Notes: generated from the letters alone by a model not told the origin. A stretch of DNA of 17,110 nucleotides from Okeania sp. (GCF_035285525.1 NZ_JAYKGW010000020.1:1-17110), one strand, 5' to 3'; positions 1 through 7,142 are shown, numbered from the stretch's first letter. Program-made: numbers and translations.

Positions 1-138
1 CCTACCGACCACACAATTTTAGGTATGCGCTCGCTATATTTTAATTTACCCAACCGTGATCGCCATTTTTACCTAACAGAGAGTAGCCTTTTTGTCAACT
101 TATTTATTTAATTGATGACACGCCCTAGAAACCTACGA

Positions 139-244
139 TTATCTATAAACAATCTGTTCTATTCCTTCTTCGCTCCTGGCAACGTCGGCCTTATCCAGTC
201 CACAGGCTGTCACGGTCGTTCGCGCTAGCGGAGCGTAGCTCTAA
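139..244 (-). pseudogene. tnpB: tnpB 3'-terminal fragment, separated from the rest by the IS630 insertion
   Basis: Removing IS630 plus one copy of the flanking TAA joins the two parts in one frame: ...GNAALNLAMAVS-TAG-SYAPLARTTVTACGLDKADVARSEEGIEQIVYR, with stop TAA at 139..141. The ..TACG.. tail resembles cyanobacterial TnpB C-termini as I remember them. The TAG at the junction could instead be the original stop codon. Confidence 0.45.
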
Positions 245-271
245 TATCAAATCCGGTAGCATCGGTATAAT
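244..271. repeat. IS630 left terminal inverted repeat
   Basis: This 28-mer is the exact reverse complement of 2308..2335. Confidence 0.9.
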
Positions 272-1170
272 ATAATTAAACCTGATTAATAGCAAGAGTT
301 AGGCGATCGCCATGCCAAGATTGTTAAAGGTACAACCACACAAAAGTATCGAAGAGTTGGAGAAACTCTACCGACAAAGTCAAGACCCAATAGAACGAAC
401 TAGATGCCAAATCCTCTGGTTGGTAGCTAAAGGCCACAAAGTAGAAGAAGTGGCTGAGGTTACTGGATATCGGGGTGTTTCAATTTACAGAATTGTCAGG
501 CGCTATAACCAATTAGGTATTGACGGATTAAAAGATCGGCGCCATCAACATCAGGGGCCAGAGACCCTACTCTCAGAAATAGACCAAGCTTTCCTATGGC
601 AAGCACTACAAGAGCCGCCCATAGATGGAGGTTTATGGAATGGACCAAAAGTAGCTAAGTGGATGAGCGAGGATCTGGAACGTCCTATTCATCCTCTTTG
701 AGGGTGGGAATATTTACGTAGCTTTGAAATGCGTTTAAAAGTGCCACGTCCAGCACATGACAAAGGGGAGATCACAGAGCCAGAACAGTGGAAAAAAAAA
801 CTCAACCAGAAAGTCCAAGAAGTAAGTCAAAAACACCCAGGGGCTAGAGTTGAAGTCTGGGCAATGGATGAACATCGCGGTTAGTTAAAACCTATATGTA
901 GAAGAGTCTGGGTTCAGTTGGGATGACAACCGATCGCTAATGTTAACTGGAAATACCAATGGTTATGGTTATACGGCTTTGTTAATCCAAATAATGGTGA
1001 AACTTACTACTGGATTTTACCAAAAGTTAATTAGGGAGCTTTTTAACCGAGTTTTAGAAGACTTTGCACGAGAATTTGAGTTAGGAGAAGACAAACAAAT
1101 TATCTTAACCATTGACAGAGCTGGATGGCATACAAGTTCTGAGTTAAAGATTCCTTTGGGTTTGCACTTA

Positions 1171-1191
1171 GAGCTGATTTATAAAGTAAAT
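1171..1191. repeat. IS5-like element terminal inverted repeat (transposase-distal end)
   Basis: Exact reverse complement of 2080..2100. The transposase stop codon (1179..1181) lies inside it. Confidence 0.9.
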
Positions 1192-2011
1192 ATTAAATTG
1201 GCCAGTCGCCTAACCATAAGGTGAATTAGAGAGCCATAAATCATGGCTTCACTCACATCTGAATACACCTCATAATCCTTGCTTAAGGGTCTAAATCTAT
1301 TCAACCATCCAAAGGTTCGCTCAACAATCCATCGTTTAGGTAGTCGCTCAAAAGTTTGGGAAGTTCTCTTGATTACTTCCACCCTCACGCGATCGCCACA
1401 AACTTCTTGGACAGCCCTTGCAAAATTCTGACCAGAATAACCTTGATCTACCCAAAGCACCTCCAATTTTGACAGTTTATCCTTGGCTTCATTAAGTACT
1501 ATGACTGCTCCTAATCGTTCTGAAGCATTTGCTTCCGTGACCAAAACACCAATTAATAATCCTTGGGAATCTACGACAATGTGACGCTTACGGCCTTTAA
1601 CTTTCTTGCCACCATCGCCCGCCGTATACCACCCCCTTTTTTCTGTGGTCTTCACTGACTGAGAATCAGCAATGGCAACAGTTGAATCTTTATCCCTATC
1701 TAATTCTGTTCTTAATTTTTGGCGTATTTCCTATGCGCATCTGCTGCCAAAAACCACTTTTTTGCCATTTTTTAAAATATTTGTATGCCGTGCTGTAAGG
1801 TGGTAGATCGTGAGGCATCATTTCCCACTGACATCCAGTCCGTTGCACATAGAATATGGCGTTGAAAATTTCTCGGTAATCCACCTCTATAGGATGACCA
1901 AACCCCTTGGGTAATGGTACTAGAGGCTTGAGTATTTGCCCCATACGAGTCACTCATATCACTTGGGTATGGTTGACGTTGAGGGTTGGCGATCGCAGGT
2001 AGACGACTCAT
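1179..2011 (-). pseudogene. IS5-family DDE transposase split over three reading frames by two +1 shifts; probably inactive
   Basis: - Frame a: MSRLPAIANPQRQPYPSDMSDS (the YPSD motif typical of IS5 N-termini).
- Frame b (ORF 1696..1953): MGQILKPLVPLPKGFGHPIEVDYREIFNAIFYVQRTGCQWEMMPHDLPPYSTAYKYFKKWQKSGFWQQM.
- Frame c (ORF 1179..1655, open upstream): EIRQKLRTELDRDKDSTVAIADSQSVKT...KGRKRHIVVDSQGLL...VDQGY...ERTFGWLNRFRPLSKDYE, which carries the DDE residues.

The coordinate differences (2011 to 1953 is 58 nt; 1953 to 1655 is 298 nt) each give a +1 offset. Confidence 0.7.
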
Positions 2012-2079
2012 TAGTTATAAAATGGAGCAAGTATAGTCAAGAATAACACTATATTCACTTATGACTTAACTTTCTTTAG

Positions 2080-2100
2080 ATTTACTTTATAAATCAGCTC
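2080..2100. repeat. IS5-like element terminal inverted repeat (transposase-proximal end)
   Basis: Exact reverse complement of 1171..1191. Confidence 0.9.
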
Positions 2101-2307
2101 TTAGAGTATTTGCCAGCCTACTCACCAGAATTACAACCTGTAGAGGGTTTATGGCCTCTAATTAATGAACCGATAGCAAATCATTCATTTGCAAGGAAAG
2201 GAGGAACTAGAAGAAGTTTTGTTTAAGCGTTGTCAAGTTCTTTTAAAACAGCAGTTTCTCATCAAGGCTATAACCCAGTATCATTGGTGGCCGAAAGTTC
2301 AAGTTTA

Positions 2308-2335
2308 ATTATACCGATGCTACCGGATTTGATAT
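2308..2335. repeat. IS630 right terminal inverted repeat
   Basis: ATTATACCGATGCTACCGGATTTGATAT is the exact reverse complement of 244..271. Confidence 0.9.
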
Positions 2336-2337
2336 AA

Positions 2338-3460
2338 CTGACCGCCATCGCTAAATTTAACGCTGCATTTCCTACGGAATGCTTCGCAAACAAGTCTCGA
2401 TTGCAACTAAAATTGCAGTGTTCGCATTCAAAAACACGCTCTGATCAGGATAGAGAGTGCTTCACCTGACCACACCTGCTGCAAGTCTTAGAACTAGGAA
2501 ACCATCTATCAACGATGATTAGTTGAGAGCCATATAACTCACACTTTTACTCGCGCCTGTCCTCGTGCCTGTCTACGAAACTCATAAAAACCCATATCAG
2601 CAACAGCCTTAGCTAGCCTGTGATTACCCATCATACCTGATACATTTAAGTCTTCTATTACTATCTGGCTGTGGTTTTTAGCTAGATAAGTAGTCAGTTT
2701 ATGCAATGTATCTTTTCTGATGTTAGCTACCTTTGTGTGTAACTGGGCTATTTTGAGTTGCGCTTTTTTCCAGTTAGAGCGAAAACTTCACTTTATGTCG
2801 GTTCAGGTATTGCAACCTAGAAAGTTAGAAGCTAAACTTTCTATAAGATTTTGTACCAGGGAATACCTCACCATTTGATAGCGTCAAAGAGTGATTTCAC
2901 ACCCAAATCTACACCAACTACATCAACTGATTTCTCAGTTACTTGAGGTTCTGTTTCTATGAGGAAGCTAATGAACCATCTATCAGCTTTCCTGCTAATA
3001 GTTACAGATTTAGGAGCGACATAATCTGGCAAGATTTCAAAGGTTTTCACCCATCTAATTCGAGGTAATTTAATTTGATGAAAATCTACTGATATTGAAC
3101 CATCTAAAGTGAAACTATCGTCTTTACCTTTTTTCTTAAATTTAGGTACTCCCGACACTTTAGTAAAACAACGCTTCCAAGCATTTGATAAATGCCTCAA
3201 AGCATATTGAGGCGCTGTTTTAGATACTTCGTATCGGCCAATAGTTATTCGGTTTTACCATTGCTACTAATAATTTATAAAGGTCAACCGCAGTGGGGAA
3301 TTTAAGTTTACTCTTAGGATTATTGGAGTTGTGATTAAGAATGTTCTTAGTCAACCATAGTCCCCAATTATAAGCATGTCAGGCCACACCTAGCATGCTT
3401 AGCCAGTCATGTTTTTTGCACTTTTGTGGGGTTTCACTCAGTTTTGAATCCTAATTGCAT
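2338..3460 (-). pseudogene. tnpB: tnpB (OrfB_IS605-type RNA-guided nuclease), 5' and central parts, with multiple stops and frameshifts
   Basis: Manual minus-strand translation gives these blocks:
- MQLGFKTE* (ATG at 3460)
- HAYNWGLWLTKNIL
- YEVSKTAPQYALRHLSNAWKRCFTKVSGVPKFKKKGKDDSFTLDG...VGVDLGVKSL (RuvC-I Asp; this is ORF 2868..3200)
- SNWKKAQLKIAQLHTKVANIRKDTLHKLTTYLAKNHSQIVIEDLNVSGMMGNHRLAKAVADMGFYEF (RuvC-II Glu)
- DRWFPSSKTCSRCGQVKHSLS*SERVFECEHCNFSCNRDLFAK (CxxC...CxxC zinc finger and RuvC-III Asp; in-frame TGA near 2445..2447)

The blocks lie in different frames, with at least five disruptions. Confidence 0.8.
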
Positions 3461-3484
3461 AAAATTCAACATAGATTATCACAT

Positions 3485-3514
3485 ATTATACCAGATAATC
3501 ACAGATTATGTCAA
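3485..3514 (-). promoter_or_regulatory. Sigma70-type promoter TTGACA-N18-TATAAT facing tnpB
   Basis: On the minus strand, TTGACA is the reverse complement of 3509..3514 and TATAAT is the reverse complement of 3485..3490, with an 18-nt spacer. It lies about 25 nt upstream of the tnpB ATG at 3460. Confidence 0.4.
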
Positions 3515-3518
3515 GCTG

Positions 3519-4820
3519 TTAATTACCCCCAAAAATTAAGCGACGTAACAAAAGTTGACTTTGCAAATAACTAACAGCTTTAGCATAATAAGGGTCTGAC
3601 GTAGTAGCGATCGCCTGTGGTTGCCGATATAACCGTTGCCTTTGAGAATATGACAAATTGATAACCACATCAGGAGTAACACCTTTTTTACTAATATCAG
3701 TTCCTTTAGGAGTATAATAGTGAGCAATAGTTACTGCCAAACCAGAACCATCGGATAAAGAATGTACCGACTGTACCAAAGCTTTCCCAAAAGTCCGATC
3801 TCCCATCACTGTAGCACGACCATTATCTTGAAGCGCCCCTGCCAAAATTTCACTAGCACTCGCCGAGTTACCATCTACCAAAACCACTGTCGGTTTATTA
3901 GTCAAAGCTGAACGGTTTGCCCGTAGTTCCTCTGTGTCTCCATTTCGGTTAACTGTACTAACAATAGCACCTTTATCCATCCACATCCGAGCAATATCTA
4001 TGCTGATACGCAATAACCCTCCTGGATTGCCCCGCAAGTCTAAAACATAACCATCAGGATTTTGAACCTTTAAATCTTCTATAGCTTTTTCCATCTGTTT
4101 TCCAGCATTGGCACTAAATTCTTCCAAACGGATATACCCAATACGCTGCTTTCCTTCTTGCTTTATGTCATAGCGAACTGCTTGTAATTGAATTCTAGCT
4201 CTAGTTAAAGTCACATCAAATTCTTTGTTTCGAGAGCGAATAATTCGTAGCACCACCTCTGTACCTACCTCACCACGAATCAGTTTAGCAGCTCCTGCTA
4301 CACTTAACCCATCAGTAGATTTACCGTTAATTTCTTTAATTTTGTCTCCTGGTAATAAACCTGCCTTCATCGCCGGAGAATTTTCCACAACATCCACCAC
4401 AGCGATCGCGTTCGTCAGCTCTTCCTGCTTTAATTGCATTCCGACTCCAGACATTTCCCCTGCTGTTTGATTAGTTAGAGTTTTAAACTGTTCTGGGCTA
4501 AGGAAACGAGTATAAGGGTCATTCAGTTCATCTAGAGCTTGGCGCAGTGCTTTGTAAGCTTGTTCTTGGGAAGTATAATTTTTCTCTAATAAATTTGTCC
4601 TAATAGCTTGCCAATCTGTATTATTAAAGCTACCATCAACATACTCCCGATTAACAATTTGCCATGCTTCGTCCAATACTACTTTGGGACTATTTTCTAA
4701 ATTTGCCTCAGCAGGCTGAGTGAAGCTAGGAGTTAATAAAGACAAAGCTGCTGTTGTAGCTAATGCTCCACTGTAAAATATTTTTGAAATTAAAGAAAAG
4801 TGTTTTGAAGGTGAGTTCAT
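3519..4820 (-). CDS. Carboxyl-terminal processing peptidase, S41 family (cyanobacterial Ctp type), with a signal peptide and a PDZ domain
   Basis: 433-aa ORF. The N-terminal signal ends ...TQPAEA. The PDZ region is GVGMQL...VVENSPAMKAGLLPGDKIKEINGKS. S41 core motifs are present: LDLRGNPGGLL, the catalytic Ser in GNSASASEILAGALQDN, and the Lys in TFGKALVQS. Confidence 0.95.
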   Translation of the reverse strand: MNSPSKHFSLISKIFYSGALATTAALSLLTPSFTQPAEANLENSPKVVLDEAWQIVNREYVDGSFNNTDWQAIRTNLLEKNYTSQEQAYKALRQALDELNDPYTRFLSPEQFKTLTNQTAGEMSGVGMQLKQEELTNAIAVVDVVENSPAMKAGLLPGDKIKEINGKSTDGLSVAGAAKLIRGEVGTEVVLRIIRSRNKEFDVTLTRARIQLQAVRYDIKQEGKQRIGYIRLEEFSANAGKQMEKAIEDLKVQNPDGYVLDLRGNPGGLLRISIDIARMWMDKGAIVSTVNRNGDTEELRANRSALTNKPTVVLVDGNSASASEILAGALQDNGRATVMGDRTFGKALVQSVHSLSDGSGLAVTIAHYYTPKGTDISKKGVTPDVVINLSYSQRQRLYRQPQAIATTSDPYYAKAVSYLQSQLLLRRLIFGGN

Positions 4821-4899
4821 TTACTTTTTTGATATTTGGACATATATTTGGTTGACTTTTCCAATATTATATGATATTTTACAAAAAATTGGGGTATGT

Positions 4900-5079
4900 G
4901 CCTCCCTTTTCAAGGGGATGAAAAGCGGTCGAGGGATGGATGGGCTCCTTAACCATATCCAATCGACCAAGAGAAAATATTCGATTCAGTATTTCAAGCC
5001 TCTGGCTTTCCTAGGTCATGCTGCGCAAAGAGACAGAGGTGCTAATAACTGATAACGGATAACTGATAACTGAAATGAC
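4900..5079 (+). repeat. Composite dispersed repeat, copy 1: hairpin, CAGTATTTCAAGCCTC, variable-loop hairpin, CTGATAA-type heptamer array, then CTGAAATGAC
   Basis: Shares GCCTCCC..GGGGATGAAAA, TCAGTATTTCAAGCCTC, a GAGG closing arm, and the heptamers TAATAAC TGATAAC GGATAAC TGATAAC TGAAATG (5044..5079) with copies at 5420..5521 and 7891..8111 (reverse orientation). Relative to copy 2 it carries an extra GCGGTCG...CGACC hairpin module at 4925..4968. Confidence 0.7.
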
Positions 5080-5137
5080 CTTAAATTTTTCTTGAAGAAA
5101 CCTAAAATAAGTAAGAGGATATTAGCTGAAGATATTT

Positions 5138-5314
5138 AGGATTTACCCATGAACGCTATTGGTAGGGTGGATTTTCCGCGCTTCAAGACATGAAACGCTG
5201 CGCGACATGTTTGCGGAAAGCGTAGCATTCTACAGGAAAGCAAAAAGCTGATCTCCTAATGCACCAAGACCCTATCTATAAATTCTATAATATAGTGCCT
5301 CCCGTGTAAGTCCT
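5138..5314 (+). mobile_element. MITE-like element with AGGAYTTAC...GTAAGTCCT termini
   Basis: The left end, AGGATTTACCCATGAACGCTATTGGTAGGGTG, and the right end, ...CTATAATATAGTGCCTCCCGTGTAAGTCCT, are colinear with the reverse complement of the 90-bp copy at 7282..7371. The central part is replaced by about 85 bp rich in CGCGACATG-type motifs. The left end recurs at 13225. Confidence 0.6.
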
Positions 5315-5419
5315 GATATTAATAACTATATCTATTCTATCTATAGTTATTGGAAAATGGGCTATGGCAATCGTCAATAAGTTTAGGACTTACCAAAAAA
5401 ACAAAAAAAGAGGTATAAA

Positions 5420-5521
5420 GCCTCCCCTGGTTCGGGGATGAAAAAATTTTAACTCAGTATTTCAAGCCTCCAAATTTATTCGGAGGTTCACTCTCTACTG
5501 ATAACTGATAACTGAAATGAC
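5420..5521 (+). repeat. Composite dispersed repeat, copy 2 (short form)
   Basis: GCCTCCCCTGGTTCGGGGATGAAAAAATTTTAACTCAGTATTTCAAGCCTCCAAATTTATTCGGAGGTT..CTGATAA CTGATAA CTGAAAT GAC. The heptamers occupy 5498..5521. Confidence 0.7.
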
Positions 5522-5683
5522 ACAGTCACCCTAGATATAGTGTTTAAAACTATGGCGCGTTTTTTCAATCTATATACAGTACCTTTGCGTAACTCCTGAA
5601 GTTGTAAAATTTTATCAAATCAAAATAATTGGGTCTAAAACCCCGGTTTTAAGGCTAAACGTTTTTGGAGATTTACTCAAATC

Positions 5684-5712
5684 TTGGTTACAAAAACAAC
5701 CTCTGATATAAT
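5684..5712 (+). promoter_or_regulatory. Candidate extended -10 promoter (TTGGTT-N17-TATAAT with TG at -15/-14)
   Basis: TGATATAAT lies at 5704..5712, and TTGGTT at 5684..5689 is 17 nt upstream. It points towards the 6070 gene, about 358 nt away. Supported by sequence pattern only. Confidence 0.3.
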
Positions 5713-5803
5713 GTTAATTGTTCTTATGTTTACTTCTCCCCGACTCCCCTACTCCCGTAGGGACGCCCTCCTTATGCAACGTCCCTACCCTGCTCAATGA
5801 AAT

Positions 5804-5937
5804 CAGGACTTACCCACGCGCAACCTATTTTTTCCGATACGAACGACAGCGTTTCGCTCCGCGACATGAATGGGTCGCAGTCCGTCAGGATAGCAATCTC
5901 AAACCAAGAAAATTGCGTTTCTAATGCGTAAGTCCTG
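5804..5937 (+). mobile_element. MITE-like element, 134 bp, with CAGGACTTAC...GTAAGTCCTG termini
   Basis: CAGGACTTACCCACGCG at 5804.. and GCGTAAGTCCTG ending at 5937 form inverted termini. The interior contains the GCTCCGCGACATG motif that is shared with 5190..5215 and, reversed, with 7975..7995. Confidence 0.6.
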
Positions 5938-6069
5938 GAAATGTAAAAAAGTTTTTGAGAAATGGTATTACTTCCTCTGAGATTTCGAGACCAAAGCAGT
6001 ACAGTTTTTTTCACAAATCATTTAGAATTGCTATATCAGAAAAATTTTAGTTCTTCTAGATAAAAAATT

Positions 6070-6873
6070 GTGGAAAGGAAAGCCGAAACCTCAAATTTGC
6101 TAGGTTCATTAATAAATCTGCTAGTTCCCATTACAGCTTTAGCAGGTATAATTAGCTTACAAATATTCTGGCCACCAACAGATTCTCCATTAAAAGAGAA
6201 AATAGTTTTAGACTCAACCGATGCAGTCTTAATTGAACAAAAAGAAGCCTTACAACTTAAGTTATGGAAAGCATTTCCTACTTTTGGATTTGATAACTTG
6301 ATAGCAGATTGGGTATTTCTCCAATTTCTCCAATATTTCGGGGATGATGCAGCCAGAAATGAAACAGGTTATTCTCTCAGTGAAGATTACTTTGATATCA
6401 TCACCGACTTAGACCCTAAATGGGTTGACATCTATCTATTCGTTTCTAACTCCTTGTCTATATATGAAGGTAAGCCTAAAGTAGCTGTAGAATACATGAC
6501 CCGTGGTACTGATGAACTTTCCCCAGAGATAAATTCCCAAGCATGGCAAGTATGGAGACTCAAAGGGATAGATCAGTTATTATTAGTCGGTGATATTCCT
6601 GGAGCTATTCATTCTCACGAAATGGCTGCCAAATGGGTTGAAAATACCTCGTACCAAGACTTAAGAACTCTATTTGCAGACACAGCCAAATTTCTCAAGG
6701 ACGAGCCAGATAGTAGATTAATCAAATTTAATGCTTGGTTATGGGTATATGGTCAAACAAGGGACCAGAGGGTACAGGAACGCGCTCAACAAGAAATTAT
6801 CCAACTTGGGGGGAAAGTGGAAATTGGTGAAGATGGGAAAAAGAGTTTTATCTTGCCCGATGTTTCTAAATAA
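6070..6873 (+). CDS. Hypothetical protein with one N-terminal transmembrane helix (conserved-looking, function unknown)
   Basis: 267-aa ORF with a GTG start at 6070; the start is uncertain and no clear SD is present. The hydrophobic segment is LLGSLINLLVPITALAGIISLQIFW. There are no internal repeats, and its composition resembles the neighbouring genes. I recognise no catalytic motif. Confidence 0.7.
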   Translation: MERKAETSNLLGSLINLLVPITALAGIISLQIFWPPTDSPLKEKIVLDSTDAVLIEQKEALQLKLWKAFPTFGFDNLIADWVFLQFLQYFGDDAARNETGYSLSEDYFDIITDLDPKWVDIYLFVSNSLSIYEGKPKVAVEYMTRGTDELSPEINSQAWQVWRLKGIDQLLLVGDIPGAIHSHEMAAKWVENTSYQDLRTLFADTAKFLKDEPDSRLIKFNAWLWVYGQTRDQRVQERAQQEIIQLGGKVEIGEDGKKSFILPDVSK

Positions 6874-6905
6874 GCGATTTAGTTAAAATTTTTACTATAC
6901 CATAA

Positions 6906-7142
6906 TATCTCACAAACCAATCAAAAAACCGGGTTTATTTCCCTGATTGTTTTTGTTCAAACCAGGAACTTTTTTTGATAAACCCGGTTTCTGAGTAATA
7001 TCATGTCCGTTAGCATCGGATTTTTCGGGCACCGTGCGTGTATACAATCAAGGTAAAAATAGCAGAAAAGCTTCTGCCTTCAGCATAGCTGCCTTCCTGT
7101 CTCCGAAATGTAACTATTCAACCGGACATGATATAAGTCCTG
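6906..7142. mobile_element. Host MITE (same family as 8170..8269) carrying a nested IS630-type MITE
   Basis: CACAAACCAATCAAAAAA (6911..6928) equals the reverse complement of 8245..8262. AAACCCGGTTTCTGAGTA (..6997) plus AGTCCTG (7136..7142) rebuilds a ..GTAAGTCCTG terminus once 6998..7135 is removed. There is an internal AAACCGGGTTTAT/ATAAACCCGGTTT inverted repeat. Confidence 0.55.
6998..7134. mobile_element. IS630-derived MITE (137 bp, non-coding)
   Basis: The left terminus, ATATCATGTCCGTTAGCATCGG, matches the left TIR of the IS630 element at 244..265 at 19 of 22 positions. The right end, CCGGACATGATAT, gives a 12-bp perfect TIR. It has the same TA(A) flanks as the full-length element. No ORF is present. 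Confidence 0.7.

Larger units (their letters stand above)
1171..2100 (-). mobile_element. IS5-family (IS1031-group-like) insertion sequence, 930 bp, nested inside the IS630 transposase gene
   Basis: Perfect 21-bp TIRs pair GAGCTGATTTATAAAGTAAAT (1171..1191) with its reverse complement at 2080..2100. A 3-bp direct duplication TTA lies at 1168..1170 and 2101..2103. Excision restores the IS630 reading frame: ...GLHLEYLPAYSPELQP. Element size, GAG ends and a 3-bp TNA duplication match the IS1031 group as I recall ISfinder describing it. Confidence 0.9.
312..2308 (+). pseudogene. IS630-family DDE transposase, interrupted by the IS5 element and carrying stops and frameshifts
   Basis: - The N-terminal HTH part is ORF 312..701.
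- The same frame continues as GWEYLRSFEMRLKVPRPAHDKGE...VWAMDEHRG*LKPICRRVWVQLG*QPIANVNWKYQWLWLYGFVNPNNGETYYWILPKVN*.
- In-frame stops are TGA 699, TAG 882, TGA 924 and TAG 1032.
- A frameshift leads to ...ELFNRVLEDFAREFELGEDKQIILTIDRAGWHTSSELKIPLGLHLE (ORF 940..).
- After the IS5 element the sequence resumes as YLPAYSPELQPVEGLWPLINE (2104..).
- A further frameshift precedes ...ITQYHWWPKVQV*, with the stop at 2306..2308. Confidence 0.85.
244..2335 (+). mobile_element. IS630-family insertion sequence, decayed, about 1.16 kb without the nested IS5 element. It is inserted in the 3' end of tnpB.
   Basis: A perfect 28-bp terminal inverted repeat pairs 244..271 (ATATCAAATCCGGTAGCATCGGTATAAT) with 2308..2335. 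The flanks are TAA (242..244) and TAA (2335..2337), compatible with a TA target duplication; the boundary is ambiguous by 1-2 nt. The internal ORFs are IS630/Tc1-like. Confidence 0.85.
1..3518 (-). mobile_element. Degenerate tnpB-only IS200/IS605-family (IS1341-like) element that hosts two nested IS insertions. Its ends are not resolved, and the right end may lie at or beyond the window start.
   Basis: tnpB-homologous coding remnants run on the minus strand from ATG 3460 down to about 139, interrupted by the IS630 element at 244..2335. Without the nested elements about 1.4 kb remains, which fits tnpB-only elements. A consensus promoter sits in the presumed left end (3485..3514). I could not identify the terminal hairpins. 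Confidence 0.55.

Noticed and set aside
940-1224. 94-aa ORF called as a separate gene
   Set aside because: It is an out-of-frame internal fragment of the IS630 transposase pseudogene. It runs across the TTA target site into the TIR of the nested IS5 element, so its last residues are an artefact.
2868-3200. 110-aa ORF as a stand-alone gene
   Set aside because: It is one open block of the decayed tnpB gene (the region up to the RuvC-I Asp). The flanking homologous blocks are in other frames.
3536-3727. 63-aa minus-strand ORF in a different frame, overlapping the 3' part of the Ctp protease gene
   Set aside because: It lies entirely inside a well-supported 433-aa CDS. Its composition is low-complexity and Leu/Ile/Lys-rich, typical of off-frame AT-rich translation.
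4225-4470. 81-aa plus-strand ORF antisense to the Ctp gene
   Set aside because: It is the antisense shadow of a strongly supported CDS, and its Ser/Thr/Pro-rich sequence has no motifs.
4866-4871. TATAAT box (minus strand) about 45 nt upstream of the ctp start as its promoter
   Set aside because: There is no acceptable -35 element: the TTGTAA box is only 7 nt away. In such AT-rich sequence TATAAT-like hexamers occur by chance, so this is too weak to report as a feature.
4852-5052. 66-aa ORF in the ctp upstream region
   Set aside because: It is composed almost entirely of the composite repeat (copy 1), so its sequence is dictated by hairpin modules. No RBS is present.
5718-6014. Overlapping ORFs 5718..5924 (+) and 5772..6014 (-)
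   Set aside because: Both read through the 134-bp MITE at 5804..5937 and its flanking hairpins, and they are mutually antisense. They have no coding-like features.
6925-6990. AAACCGGGTTTAT...ATAAACCCGGTTT hairpin with an internal T7 run as the terminator of the 6070..6873 gene
   Set aside because: The arms are 37 nt apart and belong to a MITE family member. The inner stem before the T-run is imperfect. A terminator role is possible but not demonstrable from sequence.
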